From assembly GCA_964016885.1 (NCBI GenBank), contig OZ024742.1, positions 197,346,001-197,410,000 of the forward strand: a stretch of DNA of 64,000 bases, read 5' to 3'. The first letter of the stretch is position 1, and the number at the start of each line of letters is the position of its first letter. Origin of the DNA: Eledone cirrhosa (Eukaryota). The translations under genes were made by a program, and so were the position numbers. Shown here in pieces: positions 12,991 to 26,111 of this stretch. The notes beneath the pieces were generated by a model. The model worked only from the letters and a program-made list of their open reading frames with translations, did no database searches and had not been told where the DNA came from.

Positions 12991-14954
12991 TTTCTTTATT
13001 AGCCACAGGGGCACAAAAGAAGGGGACAAATACAAAGGGGGAAGTTTACATACAATAAAAACGTGTAAAATGTTATCACAGATGGAATTTAAAAGTTAGT
13101 CGATTTTCCCCAATAGAGGGAGACAGTTTATATGGGTAACACAGACCCCCGAAAAAAATGTGCAACCCTCATCTCCAGGAGTACGAAGAGCTTGTACTCC
13201 TTTCCTCTCCTCCTCCTTTTCCTCAACCTACAGGCTGATATAGAGAGAAGGCCCATTCACTCGGGCCATTCTCGCCACTTTCACCCACCTTTCATAAAAC
13301 TTGCTGGGGTACAGCACCTCTCTCTCCATCCTGATTCTTCTTCCAAAGTGGTATTTGAAAAAAAGAATCAGTTGTTGGCCGGAGAGAAAGGTGTCTGACC
13401 TCAACCCTTTCAACCTTGTCCACCATACAACCTCTTTCGCCATAGCTATCACACAAAGGAAAACCGCCTCTCCTTCGTTTTTGAAGGAGGGTGGCGGTTT
13501 GATCATGACAATGGACTCGGTGGTCAACTGGATTGGTCCCACCCGCGACAATAGTCGTTCTACATAGCCCCACAGGTCAGTGACGCCCGGGCAGTGTATG
13601 AATGCGTGCGCGACGGTTTCTTCGTCTCGCACGCACCTCGGACAGATCTTTTTTGCAGGGTCCCTGCCCGGGCGCCCATGTCTGTAGAGCTTGTCTCGAA
13701 CTGGTAGAGCTCCTCGGTAGCACTGCCAGGCCAGGGACTTTTGGAAGTTGTCCATCGGTCCCGGGCGGAAGGTCCTACCGAACAGACTGGCCAGTTCATC
13801 TTCCTCCACGCCTAGAGTTTCACCGAGCGCGTCGTCGCACTTGCTGCGGACCAACCCTCTATAGAATGACGAAGTGGAGTCTCCACTGATCGCTGGGTCC
13901 GCCTGCCAGAGGGCTGTGAGCGCCTGAGCACATTCGATGTGCCAGTCGCCCATTTTCCTCGGTCTCTGCTTGACCCAGGACTGCAGCTCGGTCAGCGAGA
14001 TGAGTCGTGGGAAGGCTCGCCTCACGAACGGGGCCCACACCGGTTGTCCGGTGAGGAATACGTAGAGATGCCGCAGCCTGAGCGCGTGTTTGCGCATCGT
14101 CAACCACGGCATCCCCAGCCCTCCGTTAGAAGGGTGTTGGCAGCAGATGGATCTTCTTACCAAAGGAGCCCGCCTCTTCCAAAGGAATCGGAAGAGGGCG
14201 CGCTCCATTTTGGCGAGCGTTTTGGCTGGACAAGGCACGACGGTCAAGCGGTAGTAGATGGCGGACGCTATAAAAGTGTTCGCCACCTCCGCTCGACCTT
14301 TCAAGGATAGTTTGCACTCGGCCCACTTCTGGGTGAGTGCAAACACCTTGGCCGTCACTTCGTTCCAGTTCTTCTCCACCTGGAGGTCCGGACCAAACCA
14401 GACCCCGAGCAGCTTTACCGGTCCTTCCGTCCAGCGTCCGACGACGCCATCGGAAGGCATCGGTCTGCCTCTCCACGATCCGAGTTGCAAACCGATGGAC
14501 TTGTCCCGGTTCAGCTTCGCTCCTGTGAGACTTTCGTATTCCTTTAGTAAGGTGCCGACTTCCTCGATTTGCGAGGCGCTCGACACCATTACTGTCACGT
14601 CGTCGGCGTAGGCCGACGCCGCTTTCCGCAGTCCCGGTTCCAGAGGGATGCCCTGCAATAGCTCCAGCTTCCGCAGTAGTGGCTCGAGAGTCAGTACGTA
14701 CAGAAGGGAGGAGAGAGGGCATCCCTGTCGAATGGATCGCGTAATATGGAACGGCTCCGAGAGGTAACCGTTCACCTTGACCCTTGAGCAGATGTTGCTG
14801 TTGTGCATTGCAGCAATCCAGCCCCTGAACACGGGTCCGAAGCCTGCCGCCTCGAGCACCGCATCCAGGTAACGATGGTCAACCCTATCGAAAGCCTTAG
14901 ACTGATCCAAGTTGATCAGGGCCCCACCGAAGCCGGGTTTACACCCTACCCTCT

Positions 14955-14955
<1 letters not shown>
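12991..14955 (-). mobile_element. Tx1-like (L1 clade) LINE, 5'-truncated; uninterrupted RT C-terminal ORF 13228-14954
   Basis: Motifs LDQSKAFDRVDH, IRQGCPLS, AYADD, KLLGV, LSLKGR, GGLG and CPRC..ETVAHAF.HC. AATAAA immediately before a (TATC)n tail; (GATA)n on both sides. Confidence 0.92.
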
Positions 14956-14992
<37 letters not shown>

Positions 14993-16299
14993 TGCATACA
15001 AGCAATTAATTATATAAATAATTATAAATAAATTTAAAGAACAAGAAAATGTGAATGATGCTATATATATAAACCACATTCTTCTCAAAATCTTACTGAT
15101 GAGCCAAAGTTTCTGACCTAGAATAAAATCCAATTTATTTCACAGGTGGTATTTCGAAATATGTAAATCTCATTCATTTTTTGGTATCTCCCCATTTATA
15201 TCCGATTTCTTAAATAAATGGAAGAAATCGGTGTTTTTCTGATATATAATTTTTTTTCTTCCTTATATAAGGGCGGTAAATTAGCAGAGTAGTTAGAATG
15301 TCGAATAGAATGTTTTGTGGTATTCATTCCGGCTATTTGAGTTCAAACCCCGCTGAGATCAACTTTGCCTTTCATAATCTCGATTTCGATTTAAAAACGT
15401 ACTAGTACTTCTTCTTTTCTGAAAGAAATCGGTTGTGTTCAGATCTGGAGAGGGGAAGGCCCCATCAGACTTTAAGAAATACCCAAGACACACTGTATGT
15501 CATTACAACATCCCTACGATTCCACCAGCAGCTACGGATTCATATGAATTATTTATATTCTAGCCGTCAAAGATGACGACTAAAGGGTAGATGTGTATTT
15601 GTAAATAGTTTTCATATGCGGTCGTTTTATAGTCTTGATAATGTTTAAGTATATGTATGTATTTATATTTACATATTTGTTTCTACTTTAGGCACAAGGC
15701 CAGCAATTACCCAGTACATTACTGGTACTTTATTTTATCGACCCCGTAAGGATGAAAGGCAAAGTTAACCTCGGCGGGATTTGAACTCAGACTGTAAAGG
15801 GACGTAACTATGCTAGAAAGCATGGCGTCCAACCCTCTACCGATACTGCCAATACATATTGAAACATAGATAAGTTACCTCCCTTTGCGTGACGTACAAA
15901 AACACAAGAGCATTATATATTTATTAGACATTATATATTATTAGCGGACGGTGGATTGGCAGTATCGGTAGAGGGTCGGACGCCATTCTTTGCAGCACAC
16001 TTACGTCCCTTTACGGACTGAGTTCAAATCCCGCCGAGGTTAACTTTGCCTTTCATCCTTACGGGGTCGATAAAATAAAGTACCAGTAATACACTTGAGT
16101 AATTGCTGGCCTTGTGCCAAATGTAGAAACAATTATATATTATTAGACAACAACAATTTTTAATGCGGGGAAACTCTCAGGATTTCAGTTTTAGGTTGAA
16201 TTGTTATGCTTGTTCGTGTTGAAAATATTTTAAATCCTTATTCACATAGTTTTTATTAACTTTATTTTCCTAGATATTTATTTTAATGATTCTTGTATC

Positions 16300-16830
16300 A
16301 AATAGTAACAATGATAACGATGAGCTTGATGTCAGCAACAGAATCGGAAAGGCGGCTACAGTGTTTCCGCTAATACGTTGTCTGGTCAGCTTTAATTATC
16401 GACAGACATGCAACACCATCTTTCCCCCCATAGCGATCTATGCGAGTGATCCCTGGAAGTGCACGTTAAATATCAACAGACAGCTGAATGTATTCAATCA
16501 AAGGTACTTCAGAAAGATGATGAAAGTCTCCTGATGAAACTGGATTGCAAATGAAGAGATTCTGAGGAGAAGAAAGTCACAACCACTGCAAGAAATAATT
16601 GTTCCATCTTGCTGGTCACATTCTTCGTCTATCTGATCACCAACATTCGAAGACGGCATTGAATTAGACTTTTCCTGAAGGCAATGGGAAAAAGGGCAGT
16701 CTGAAGAGCCCCATTTCGACGGCGAATACTTCAAAATGATCCGACAATATCTCCTGGAAGTAGATCGTGTGCAATGGGAGATAGCTGTTACCTAATGCGT
16801 TACTCAGCACAAGAGCATCTAAGATGATGA
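16300..16830 (+). pseudogene. Degraded RTE-clade LINE 3' fragment
   Basis: DVSNRIGKAATVF...IAIYASDPWK....RQLNVFNQRYFRKMMKVS with stops and frameshifts. Confidence 0.65.
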
Positions 16831-17164
16831 CTAATGTCAAATTAAATTAAAAAGTTGAATTTTTATCACAATATCTCTTCCCAGCAGATGTTACATTAAT
16901 TGTTTCTACTTTTGGCACAAGGCCAGCAATTAACCAGTAGATTACTGGTACTTTATTGTATCGACCCCATAAGGATGAAAGGCAAAGTTAACCTCGGCGG
17001 GATTTGAACTCAGAATGGCAAGGGACGTAACTCTATACGTCAAAGCATGGCGTCCGACCCTCTACCGATACTGCCAATTCACCGCAAAAGAGATAAATAA
17101 CAGAACCTAGTTAGAGACGGGGGTTACATTAATATTAACAAGGGCAGCGGAGAAAATACATTAA

Positions 17165-17560
17165 TATTGAGATTAAAGAGTACTATGTAGTGGTTTTGAG
17201 GCAGATCAGAAAGAGATTTTGTCGCAAGAGATCAGAAGTCTTCAAGTCTAGTCAGTGGAATTTGCAACAGGACAATACCTCCTACCAAAAGTCCATCCCG
17301 GTAACCAACTACTTGACCGATGTGGGGACCAAGACTGTCCCTCATCCACACTACAGTCCAGACTTAGCCCCATGTGATTTTTGGATGTTCGCGAAGCTGA
17401 AGGAGAAGCTCAAGGATGTGGAGGAGATGAAGGAGGCTGTGACAATCCCCCTGTACACCTTCCAGAACGGCTGGAACGCTACAAGTGCATTGAAGTTGGA
17501 GGATTCTATTTTGAGGGAGAGACAAGAGTTTTGTGTTGATCTGAGTTAAGTAAATGTCTC
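17165..17560 (+). pseudogene. Mariner transposase C-terminal fragment
   Basis: QQDN and HPHYSPDLAPCDFWMFAKLKEKL are mariner catalytic-domain motifs. Confidence 0.85.
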
Positions 17561-17643
17561 TCTGATATAAGTTTCAAAACTTCTTGAGTGTATCTCGTAA
17601 AACAAAATGAAATACAAACAATGAAATAATGAGAAATTTGTAC

Positions 17644-17783
17644 ATGGCGTATAACTTCAGATTTATACATGTCAGTATTAGGGTACTTGGTTGTGTAACC
17701 ATGCTTCAGTGCCAAGCTTGAAAAGTAGAGCTTCACAGAACCAGAAAAGACACGGTTAATTAAGAAATCACAACTCATTGAAA
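17644..17783 (-). CDS. Candidate host exon 3 (3' boundary uncertain)
   Basis: Acceptor TATCATAG; open frame SMSCDFLINRVFSGSVKLYFSSLALKHGYTTKYP.., in phase with 17963-18029; donor weak. Confidence 0.25.
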
Positions 17784-17962
17784 CTATGATATGTAAAATA
17801 TTTCAGAAGTTTAGCATATAGTAGGTACGTATTACAAAGTATATACAGCCAAACGCATGTAAATCAAAACATGCAGATACACACATGTAAAGACATGCAT
17901 AAATGCACACATGTTCATTTATGTGCAGAAATAAACATACATGATTACCTAGATGCTGTTAC

Positions 17963-18029
17963 CTAAATTCCAATGAAAGAGCCTTGTTTCTGTGTTGGAA
18001 ACTGGCTCCTTGTGTTGTAGCGAGATATT
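17963..18029 (-). CDS. Candidate host exon 2 (67 nt)
   Basis: Pyrimidine tract plus AAG acceptor, AG|GTAACA donor; encodes NISLQHKEPVSNTETRLFHWNL. Confidence 0.3.
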
Positions 18030-18314
18030 CTTTCAACATAAAAGCAAAAGAAGATATGTATATATACAACCGTACACATAAACGTATGTATATATATATA
18101 TAACACATAGGTCAAATCATACATATCCGTATATGCAATGATATGCCTGCAGGCACACACACACATACATACACATGTACATGATACAAGCATAATACAT
18201 AAATACACATTCAAATACATACACCCATGCATACACAGATACATACATGCATACATACATACATACATACATACATACATACATACATACATACATACAT
18301 ACATACATACATAC

Positions 18315-18730
18315 ATGGTGGCTGCCAACTCGTTTTCGAGTACGGCCACTACTTTATATCCATGTAGGAGAACCCCTACCGATGCGCTGAACGAGTGTGA
18401 CTTTTTAGTCCAGCCAGCGACTTGAAAACTCTGGTACAAACACTACACCTGTGACAATTATTGAAACATAGTGCTGGGCCCATGGTACCATGTGACGACA
18501 AGTGCAGAGAGATCTCCAGATATAAAGCAATGCCTGTGCCGTGAAGCTTTTATAGTGAGCAAAGGCACTGCACAAAGCCAGTCCCACTCTCTTAACCAAG
18601 ATGATATTTACCAAAAAGAAGAACAAGTCAACATCATTGGATACCATCAGAGTTGCAGGTGTTATTTCAGAGTTTTCCTTCTCCTAGAATTCTGCCTTGA
18701 CAAAGGCTAAGGGGTCATCTCTCCCGGTGG
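18315..18730 (-). mobile_element. Non-autonomous RTE-derived element, 5'-truncated; further minus-strand copies at 22752-23035, 23934-24233, 26183-26724 and 26901-27311
   Basis: Near-identical sequence with a shared 3' end and staggered 5' ends, each flanked by (ACAT)n or (AT)n. Confidence 0.85.
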
Positions 18731-18924
18731 AGACATACATACATACATACATACATACATACATACATACATACATACATACATACATACATACATACAT
18801 ACATACATACACACTTATACATACATATGCACACACATAAATGCATATACATGTCGGTGAAATGTTTTGTTGCTATTTTCAAATTGTTCTTTTGTTTTTT
18901 TTTCAGTTGGAAAGCAACTAAAAG

Positions 18925-20690
18925 CTCCACGCAATGGCATAGCAGGCCCAAACTCTGTAAGACTGAGACCTACACATAACGACAAAGCTAGTAAAATATC
19001 TGTGACTAAGTCCTCCATACAATGGCAAAGCATGCTAAAACTTTGTAAGACTAAGATCTTTACACAATGGCAAAGCATGCTAAAACTGTAAGACTAAGAC
19101 TTCCTCACAGTGGCAAAGCAGGCTAAATATATTTAAGACTAATATCTCCACACAATGGCAAAGCTGGTTAAAATTCTGTAAGATTAAGACCTCTACACAA
19201 TGGTATAGCAGGCTAAGTCTCTGTAAGATTAAGACCTGCACACAATGGCATAGAGAGCTAGCTAAATCTTTGTAAGACTAAGACTTCCACACACTGTCAA
19301 AGCTAGCTAAAACTCTGTAAGACTAAAACCTCCACACAATGACAGAGATAGCTAAATCTCTGTAATGTTAAAACCTCCATACAGTAGCAAAGCAGGCTAA
19401 AACTCTGTAAGACTAGAATGACATAGCAGGCTAAATCTCTTTCAGATTAAGACCTGCACTCAATTGCATCGAAAGCTAAATATCTTTAAGACTGAGACCT
19501 CCACACAATGGCAAAGCAGTCTAAAACTCTGTAAGACTAAGATCTCAAAACCTTGGCATAGCCGGCTAAATATCTGTAAGACTAAGACCTCCGGACAATG
19601 GCAAAACTAGCTAAATACCTTTATGACTGAGACCGCCACACAATGGGTGGCAAGCTGTAAGATTCAGAATTCCACTAAAATTCTGTAAAACTAAGACCTC
19701 CACACAATGACAAAGTTAGCTAAAACACTGTAATATTAAAACCTGCATTCAATGAAAAAACAGGCTAAAACTCTGTAAGACTAAGACCTCTGCACAATGA
19801 CATAGAAGGCTTAAACGCTGTTAGACTAAGACTTCCACTAAATATCTTTAAGGCTAAGACTTCTACTAAATATCTTTAAGGCTAAAACCTATACATAATG
19901 GCAAAGCTAGCTAAAGCTCTGTAAGACTAAGACCTTCACATAATGGCAAAGCATGCTAAAACTCTGTAAGACTAAGACTTCCACTAAATATCTTTAAGAT
20001 TAAGACCTATGCATAATTGCAAAGCTAGCTAAAACTCTGTAAGACTAAAACCTCCACACAATGACATAGAAGGCTAAAACTCTGTTAGACTAAGACTTCC
20101 ACTAAATATCTTTAAGGCTAAGACTTCTACTAAATATCTTTAAGGCTAAAACCTATACAAAATGGCAAAGCATGCTAAAACTCTGTAAGACTAAGACTTC
20201 CACTAAATATCTTTAAGACCTCCACACAATGGCCAAGCTAGCTAAAACTCTGTAAGGTTAAGATCTCCACACAATGGCAAAGCTAGCTAAAACTCTGTAA
20301 GACTAAAACTTCCACTAAATACCTTTAAGACTAAGACCTATACATAATTGCAAAGTTAGCTAAAACTCTGTAAGACTAAGACTTCCACTAAATATCTTTA
20401 AGATTAAGACCTATACATAATTGCAAAGCTAGCTAAAACTCTGTAAGACTAAAACTTCCACTAAATACCTTTAAGACTAAAACCTATACATAATTGCAAA
20501 GTTAGCTAAAACTCTGTAAGACTAAGACTTCCACTAAATATCTTTGAGACTAAGACCTATACATAATTGCAAAGCTTGCTAAAACTCTGTAAAATTAAAA
20601 CCTGCATTCAATAGCAAAACAGGCGAAATTTCTATAAAACTAAGAACTCCAGACAAAGCAGTAGAAATCTCTTTTAGTATAAAACCTTCA
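18925..20690. repeat. Approximately 45-bp minisatellite (CTAAAACTCTGTAAGACTAAGACCTCCACACAATGGCAAAGCAGG) shifting distally to a 73-bp higher-order unit
   Basis: Direct periodicity; TACATAATTG recurs at 20341 and 20414. Confidence 0.9.
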
Positions 20691-20914
20691 AACAATTACA
20701 AGGCAGGGGAGATATCTGTTAATCAGGTGAGTAAACAAAGCTCAACTGTTACGAAGGGAATTCTTGCATTTCTTCTTTTATTTTCATTTTTATTTTTATT
20801 TTCATTTTTTATTTTCACAAAAGTAGCAATTTTTTTTTTCATATTTTACTGATAAACATTATGTAAATTATTATTGTTGTTTTTATAGTTGTTATCGTGT
20901 TGGCGTTGATGCTG

Positions 20915-21625
20915 GGGCTGGTGGTGGTGATGGTGGTGGTGGTGGCGTTGTTGTTAGTGGTGGTGAAGGTGGTGAAGGTGGTGGTATTGATGGTGGGGGT
21001 AGTGGTGTTGGGTAGAGGTGCTGATGGAGGTGGTGCTAGTGATGGTGATGGTGATGGTGTTGGTTGTGGATGGTGATGGTTGCGTCGGCGGCGGTGTGGG
21101 GTGTGCGGTGTGGGGGTAGTAGTAGTGGTGAAGGTGGTGTTGGTTGCAGTGGTAATGGTGGTGGTGTTGATGGAGTTGGTTGTGGTGGCGATGGTGTTGG
21201 CGGTGGTGGTGGTGTTGGTGGTGGTTGTGGTAGTAGTGATGGAGGTGGTGTTGGTTGCGGTGGTAGTGGTGGTGGTGTTGGTTGTGGGGGTGATAGTGGC
21301 GGCGGCGGTAGGGGGGTAGTAGTAGTGGTGAAGGTGGTGTTGGTTGCGGTGTTATGGTGGTGGTGTGATAGAGTTGGTTGTGGTGGTGATGGTGTTGGCG
21401 GTGGTGTTGGTGGTAGCGGTGGTTGTAGTGATGGATGTGGTGTTGGTTGCGGTGGTAATGGTGCTGCTGTTGATGGTTGTGGTGGTGGTGGTGGTGATGG
21501 TGGAGGCGGTGGTAATGGTGATGACGTTGATGGTGTTGTTTGTAGTGGTGATGGTGGTGATGATGGTGGTGGTGATGGTGGTGATGGTGGTGGAGGCGGC
21601 GGTAGTGATGGGTGTGTGTGCTGGT
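20915..21625. repeat. Degenerate (GGT/GTT)n low-complexity tract
   Basis: Base composition. Confidence 0.9.
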
Positions 21626-21723
21626 GAAGATTGATGTAGTTATTGTTTCATCATGATAGTTTAATATAAACCATCTCAACCACTCTTATGTTTATATATT
21701 TATAGTCTGTTCTGTTTATTTAC

Positions 21724-21776
21724 AAGTTTTCCAATTCCATCTGACATGTCTTCACGTCCAGATTCTTTGGGCTTCG
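21724..21776 (-). CDS. Candidate host exon 1 (53 nt)
   Basis: Unique island between two simple-repeat tracts; TTTTTTTCAAAG acceptor, |GTAAAT donor; encodes KPKESGREDMSDGIGKL and ends in phase 0. Confidence 0.3.
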
Positions 21777-21789
21777 CTTTGAAAAAAAA

Positions 21790-21793
21790 CAGC

Positions 21794-21824
<31 letters not shown>

Positions 21825-22146
21825 GCAACACCAACAACAGCAACAACAACAAAAACAGCAACAACAACAACAGCAACAACAACAACAGCAACACCAACAA
21901 CAGCAACAACAACAAAAACAGCAACAACAACAACAGCAACAACAACAAAAATAGCAACAACAGAAACAACAACAACAACAGCAACACCAACAACAGCAAA
22001 AACAACAAAAATAGCAACAACACAACAACAACAGCAACACCAACAACAGCAACAATAACAACAACAACAACAACAGCAACACCAACAACAGCAACACCAA
22101 CAACAGCAGCAACAATAACAACAACAACAGCAACAACAACAACAGC

Positions 22147-22189
<43 letters not shown>

Positions 22190-22465
22190 GCAACAATAAC
22201 AACAACAGCAAAGCAGCAAAAACAACAACAGCAACAACAGCAACATGAACACCAGCAGGAACAACATCATCAACAACAACAACAACAACAAAAACAACAA
22301 AAGCAGCAGCAACAACAGCATCAACAGCATCAACAGCATCAACAACAACAACAAAAAAACACAACAAAAGCAGCAGCAACAACTACAGCAACAACAGCAT
22401 CAACAGCAGCAGCAATAACAACATAAGCAACAACAACAAGAACAGCAACAACTGCGACAACAAAA
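21790..22465. repeat. Degenerate (CAA/CAG)n tract
   Basis: Base composition. Confidence 0.92.
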
Positions 22466-23084
22466 TAAATGGTCCGTATTATTCCACATTCTTCTGCCGA
22501 CTCCATCCACTTTCCAACACCCACGCAGCTACACCTCCCTCTCTCTCGCTCTCACGCTCTCTCTCTATATCTCTCTCTCACTCACTCTCTATCTATCTAT
22601 CCATCTCTATCACTCCCTCTTAATATATTTATTCTCTTCCGTTGTGTTCCATTATTTTCTTCCCTTTTCAAATCTTGCATATAATATATATCTATTCACA
22701 TACATACATACATACATACATACATACATACATACATACATACATACATACATGGTGGCTGCCAACTCGTTTTCGAGTACGGACACTACTTTATATCCAT
22801 GTAGGAGAACCCCTACTGATGCGCTGAACGAGTGTGATTTTTAGTCCAGCCAGCGACTTGAAAACTCTGGTACAAACACTACACTTGTGACAATTATTGA
22901 CACATAGTGCTGGACCCATGGTACCATGTGACGACAAGTGCAGAGAGATCTCCAGATATAAAGCAATGCCTGTGCCGTGAAGCTTTTATAGTGAGCAAAG
23001 GCACTGCACAAAGCCAGTCCCACTCTCTTAACCAACATACATACATACATACATACATACATACATACATACATACATACATAC

Positions 23085-23240
23085 ATAATTCATAGTCTAC
23101 AAATGGCTGCGATAGCTGGCACCTTCAAAGTTTGTAAAACATTCTTACGATTCAAGGGATGACAATTTCTTTTCTTTTACAACCTTGCCACCAGGAAGGT
23201 GGCCGGACAAAAATATACTCGAAATTATGAGAAAGAGAGA
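23085..23240 (+). mobile_element. Extreme 3' end of an RLE-type LINE in (ACAT)n
   Basis: [25 protein letters not shown] resembles the REL-LINE C-terminal helix; short 3' UTR then (ACAT)n; longer copy at 48155-48403(-). Confidence 0.6.
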
Positions 23241-24325
23241 CATACATGCATGTATGCATGCATGCATTCATACATACATACATACACACATACATACATA
23301 CATACATACATACATACATACATACATGATGATGGCTGCCCCCTCGTTATCGAGTATGGCCATTGCACGATATACCATTATTAGTAATTATTAATTACTT
23401 CTGCCGTGGATTGGCAGTATCAGTAGAGGGTCGGACGCCATGCTTTCCAGCATAGTTACGTCCCTTTACAATCTGGTTTCAAATCCCGCCGAGGTTGACT
23501 TTGCCTTTCATCCTTACGGGGTCGATAAAATAAAGTACCAGTAATACACTGGGTAATTGCTGGCCTTGTGCCTAAAGTAGAAACAATTTATTACTTCTGC
23601 CGTGCAATGTCTGTGCGCGAAGATTTTTTTAAAGTGAGGAGAGACTGTGAACTGAGCCAATCCCACTCTCTGAGCGACAGTAGCTATAACCCGAAAAGAA
23701 GAAATGATCAACATCAAGGGTAACTACTGAGTCGCAGGTTTTATGTCGGAGTAATCCCAGTTTCCTGAGGTCCCTTCTCCTAAAAGAATGCCCTGACAAA
23801 GGCTAAGGGCCCTTCACTCCCAGTGGTTTAACCGCGCGATCGGGTATCTAGCCCAACTATTTCTATGTTCCGCGCACTAACATACATACATACATACATA
23901 CATACATACATACATACATACATACATACATACATGGTGGCTGCCAACTCGTTTTCGAGTACGGCCACTACTTTATATCCATGTAGGAGAACCCCTACCG
24001 ATGCGCTGAACAAGTGTGACTTTTTAGTCCAGCCAGCGTCTTGTAAACTCTGGTACAAACACTACACTTGTGACAATTATTGACACATAGTGCTGGGCCC
24101 ATGGTACCATGTGACGACAAGTGCAGAGAGATCTCCAGATATAAAGCAATGCCTGTGCCGTGAAACTTTTATAGTGAGCAAAGGCACTGCACAAAGCCAG
24201 TCCCACTCTCTTAACCAAGATGATATTTACCAATATATATATATATATGCAGTGCCTTTGCTCACTATAAAAGTTTCACGGCACAGGCATTGCTTTATAT
24301 CTGGAGATCTCTCTGCACTTGTCGT

Positions 24326-24386
<61 letters not shown>

Positions 24387-24611
24387 GGGGTAACAAATAA
24401 TAGTTATATGCAGTCCACTTAGGTGTAGTCCAGTTATGGTATTCCGGATAGTGGATGATATCAACGCTTGGCTTGGTTTGGCTCAACAAGGCGTTTTCAT
24501 AGTGATGTTGCGGGTATGCTGTAATTCCTATGTTGTAAACACTTGGAGTAATAATAAATCAGGAAAGAAGATTGACATGGTTTGCTATACAAAAAAGGTT
24601 TTTAATCTCAT

Positions 24612-24719
24612 TGCTGACAATTGTTTCTCTGAACTGGTAGGTCTAGAGATCGCTATTCGCTTGTTTTCACGTTACTCGATCGCCAATACAAAATTATAAC
24701 CAGTCAGTTCTTCGGAGCA
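24612..24719 (-). ncRNA. Type I HHR variant (CCGAAGA core, long stem II)
   Basis: TGCT-CCGAAGA-A CTGA CTGGT...ACCAG T TCAG A-GAAAC AATT GTC-AGCA. Confidence 0.65.
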
Positions 24720-26003
24720 TGCGAGAATGAAGAGAATATACAGTCATGAAAGGAATATACAGGCTACTATATGAAATAGTAATGGCATTCAGTTAGAACA
24801 ATAACAACAATTACAACAATGCTATTAATAAATTATTTGAGGAGACCCTGACATTACATTAGGTGGGGGGTATAGTGTATCTAAGATTTCGGCGTGTAAA
24901 ACTAGCTGACATGAAGCAGAAGTAAAGGTTTGGCATGTACGGAGTATCGTAGGGTGTATTGTATCAATAAAACCGTGCACTTATGGGTTCCACAACCCTC
25001 GCCAAAAAAATATGGGAACTGAAGGACAGCAGCACTAACTACAGTATTAACTGGTCGAAGTTGTCGGCTGCTAAAACCTATAGTACAGGTATGTCCTACT
25101 GCGGGCTATGTGATCTAGAACTAATGTATATCCTCAAAAATGTAAAAAGGCTACTTAACAATAAGTTAGAAAGATCTATCTTCTGCAGACATAGAATTGC
25201 CACTAAATTCATAAGATTCAAACCTCCGTGAATCGAACCAACATAACATAGCTTTAAACTAGGATACCCACTACCCTGCCTAAATCACCACAGAAATATA
25301 TTCATTAAGTATACTCTAGCCTTCACAAATCTATACCACACAAATGTCTGTAAGTACCTCATCAACCCACAAACTTATTCCTTCTCAGCTGCTGCCATCA
25401 CTTGATCCTAAATCCAAGTATTTCTCAAATCACTACTACAATGTAACTTTACCCTCCTGTTGCCATAATTACAATCAGCACGCTTATCTCTTTGCATGTA
25501 TGTATATTTTTGTACGAGTGTATATTGATGTGTATGTATGTGTCTATGTACACATGCGTGTGTATATATATATATATATATGTGTGTATGTGTGTATGTG
25601 TGTGTGTATATATATGTATGTGTATATTACCTCCTTAACCTCTGTATTAACTCGCCCACTATTTAGCTTTGACAGTGTTGTCCCATTCATGTATGTTATT
25701 GAAGATGAAAAGAAAGACTGTAAACACCGGCTTATCTTTAAAATTTTAAATTGATACAATACACCCTACGATACTCTGTACATGCCAAACTTTTACTTCT
25801 GCTTCATGTCAGCTAGTTTTACACGCCGAAATCTTAGATACACTATACCCCCCCCCCCACCTAATGTAATGTCAGGGTCTCCTCAAATAATTTATTAATA
25901 GCATTGTTGTAATTGTTGTTATTGTTCTAACTGAATGCACTTACTACTTCATATAGTAGCCTGTATATTCCTTTCATGCCTGTATATTCTCTTCATTCTC
26001 GCA

Positions 26004-26111
26004 TGTTCCGAAGAACTGACTGGTTATAATTTTGTATTGGCGATCGAGTAACGTGAAAACAAGCGAATAGCGATCTCTAGACCTACCAGTTCAGAGAAAC
26101 AATTGTCAGCA
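26004..26111 (+). ncRNA. Type I HHR variant (CCGAAGA core, long stem II)
   Basis: TGTT-CCGAAGA-A CTGA CTGGT...ACCAG T TCAG A-GAAAC AATT GTC-AGCA. Confidence 0.65.

Noticed and set aside
15090-15170. CTGATGAGCC...CGAAATATGTA as an HHR
   Set aside because: No convincing stem I pairing; at best a decayed copy.
20954-22426. Poly-His/Gly/Gln/Asn/Thr ORFs
   Set aside because: Triplet low-complexity tracts open in several frames on both strands; no independent coding evidence.
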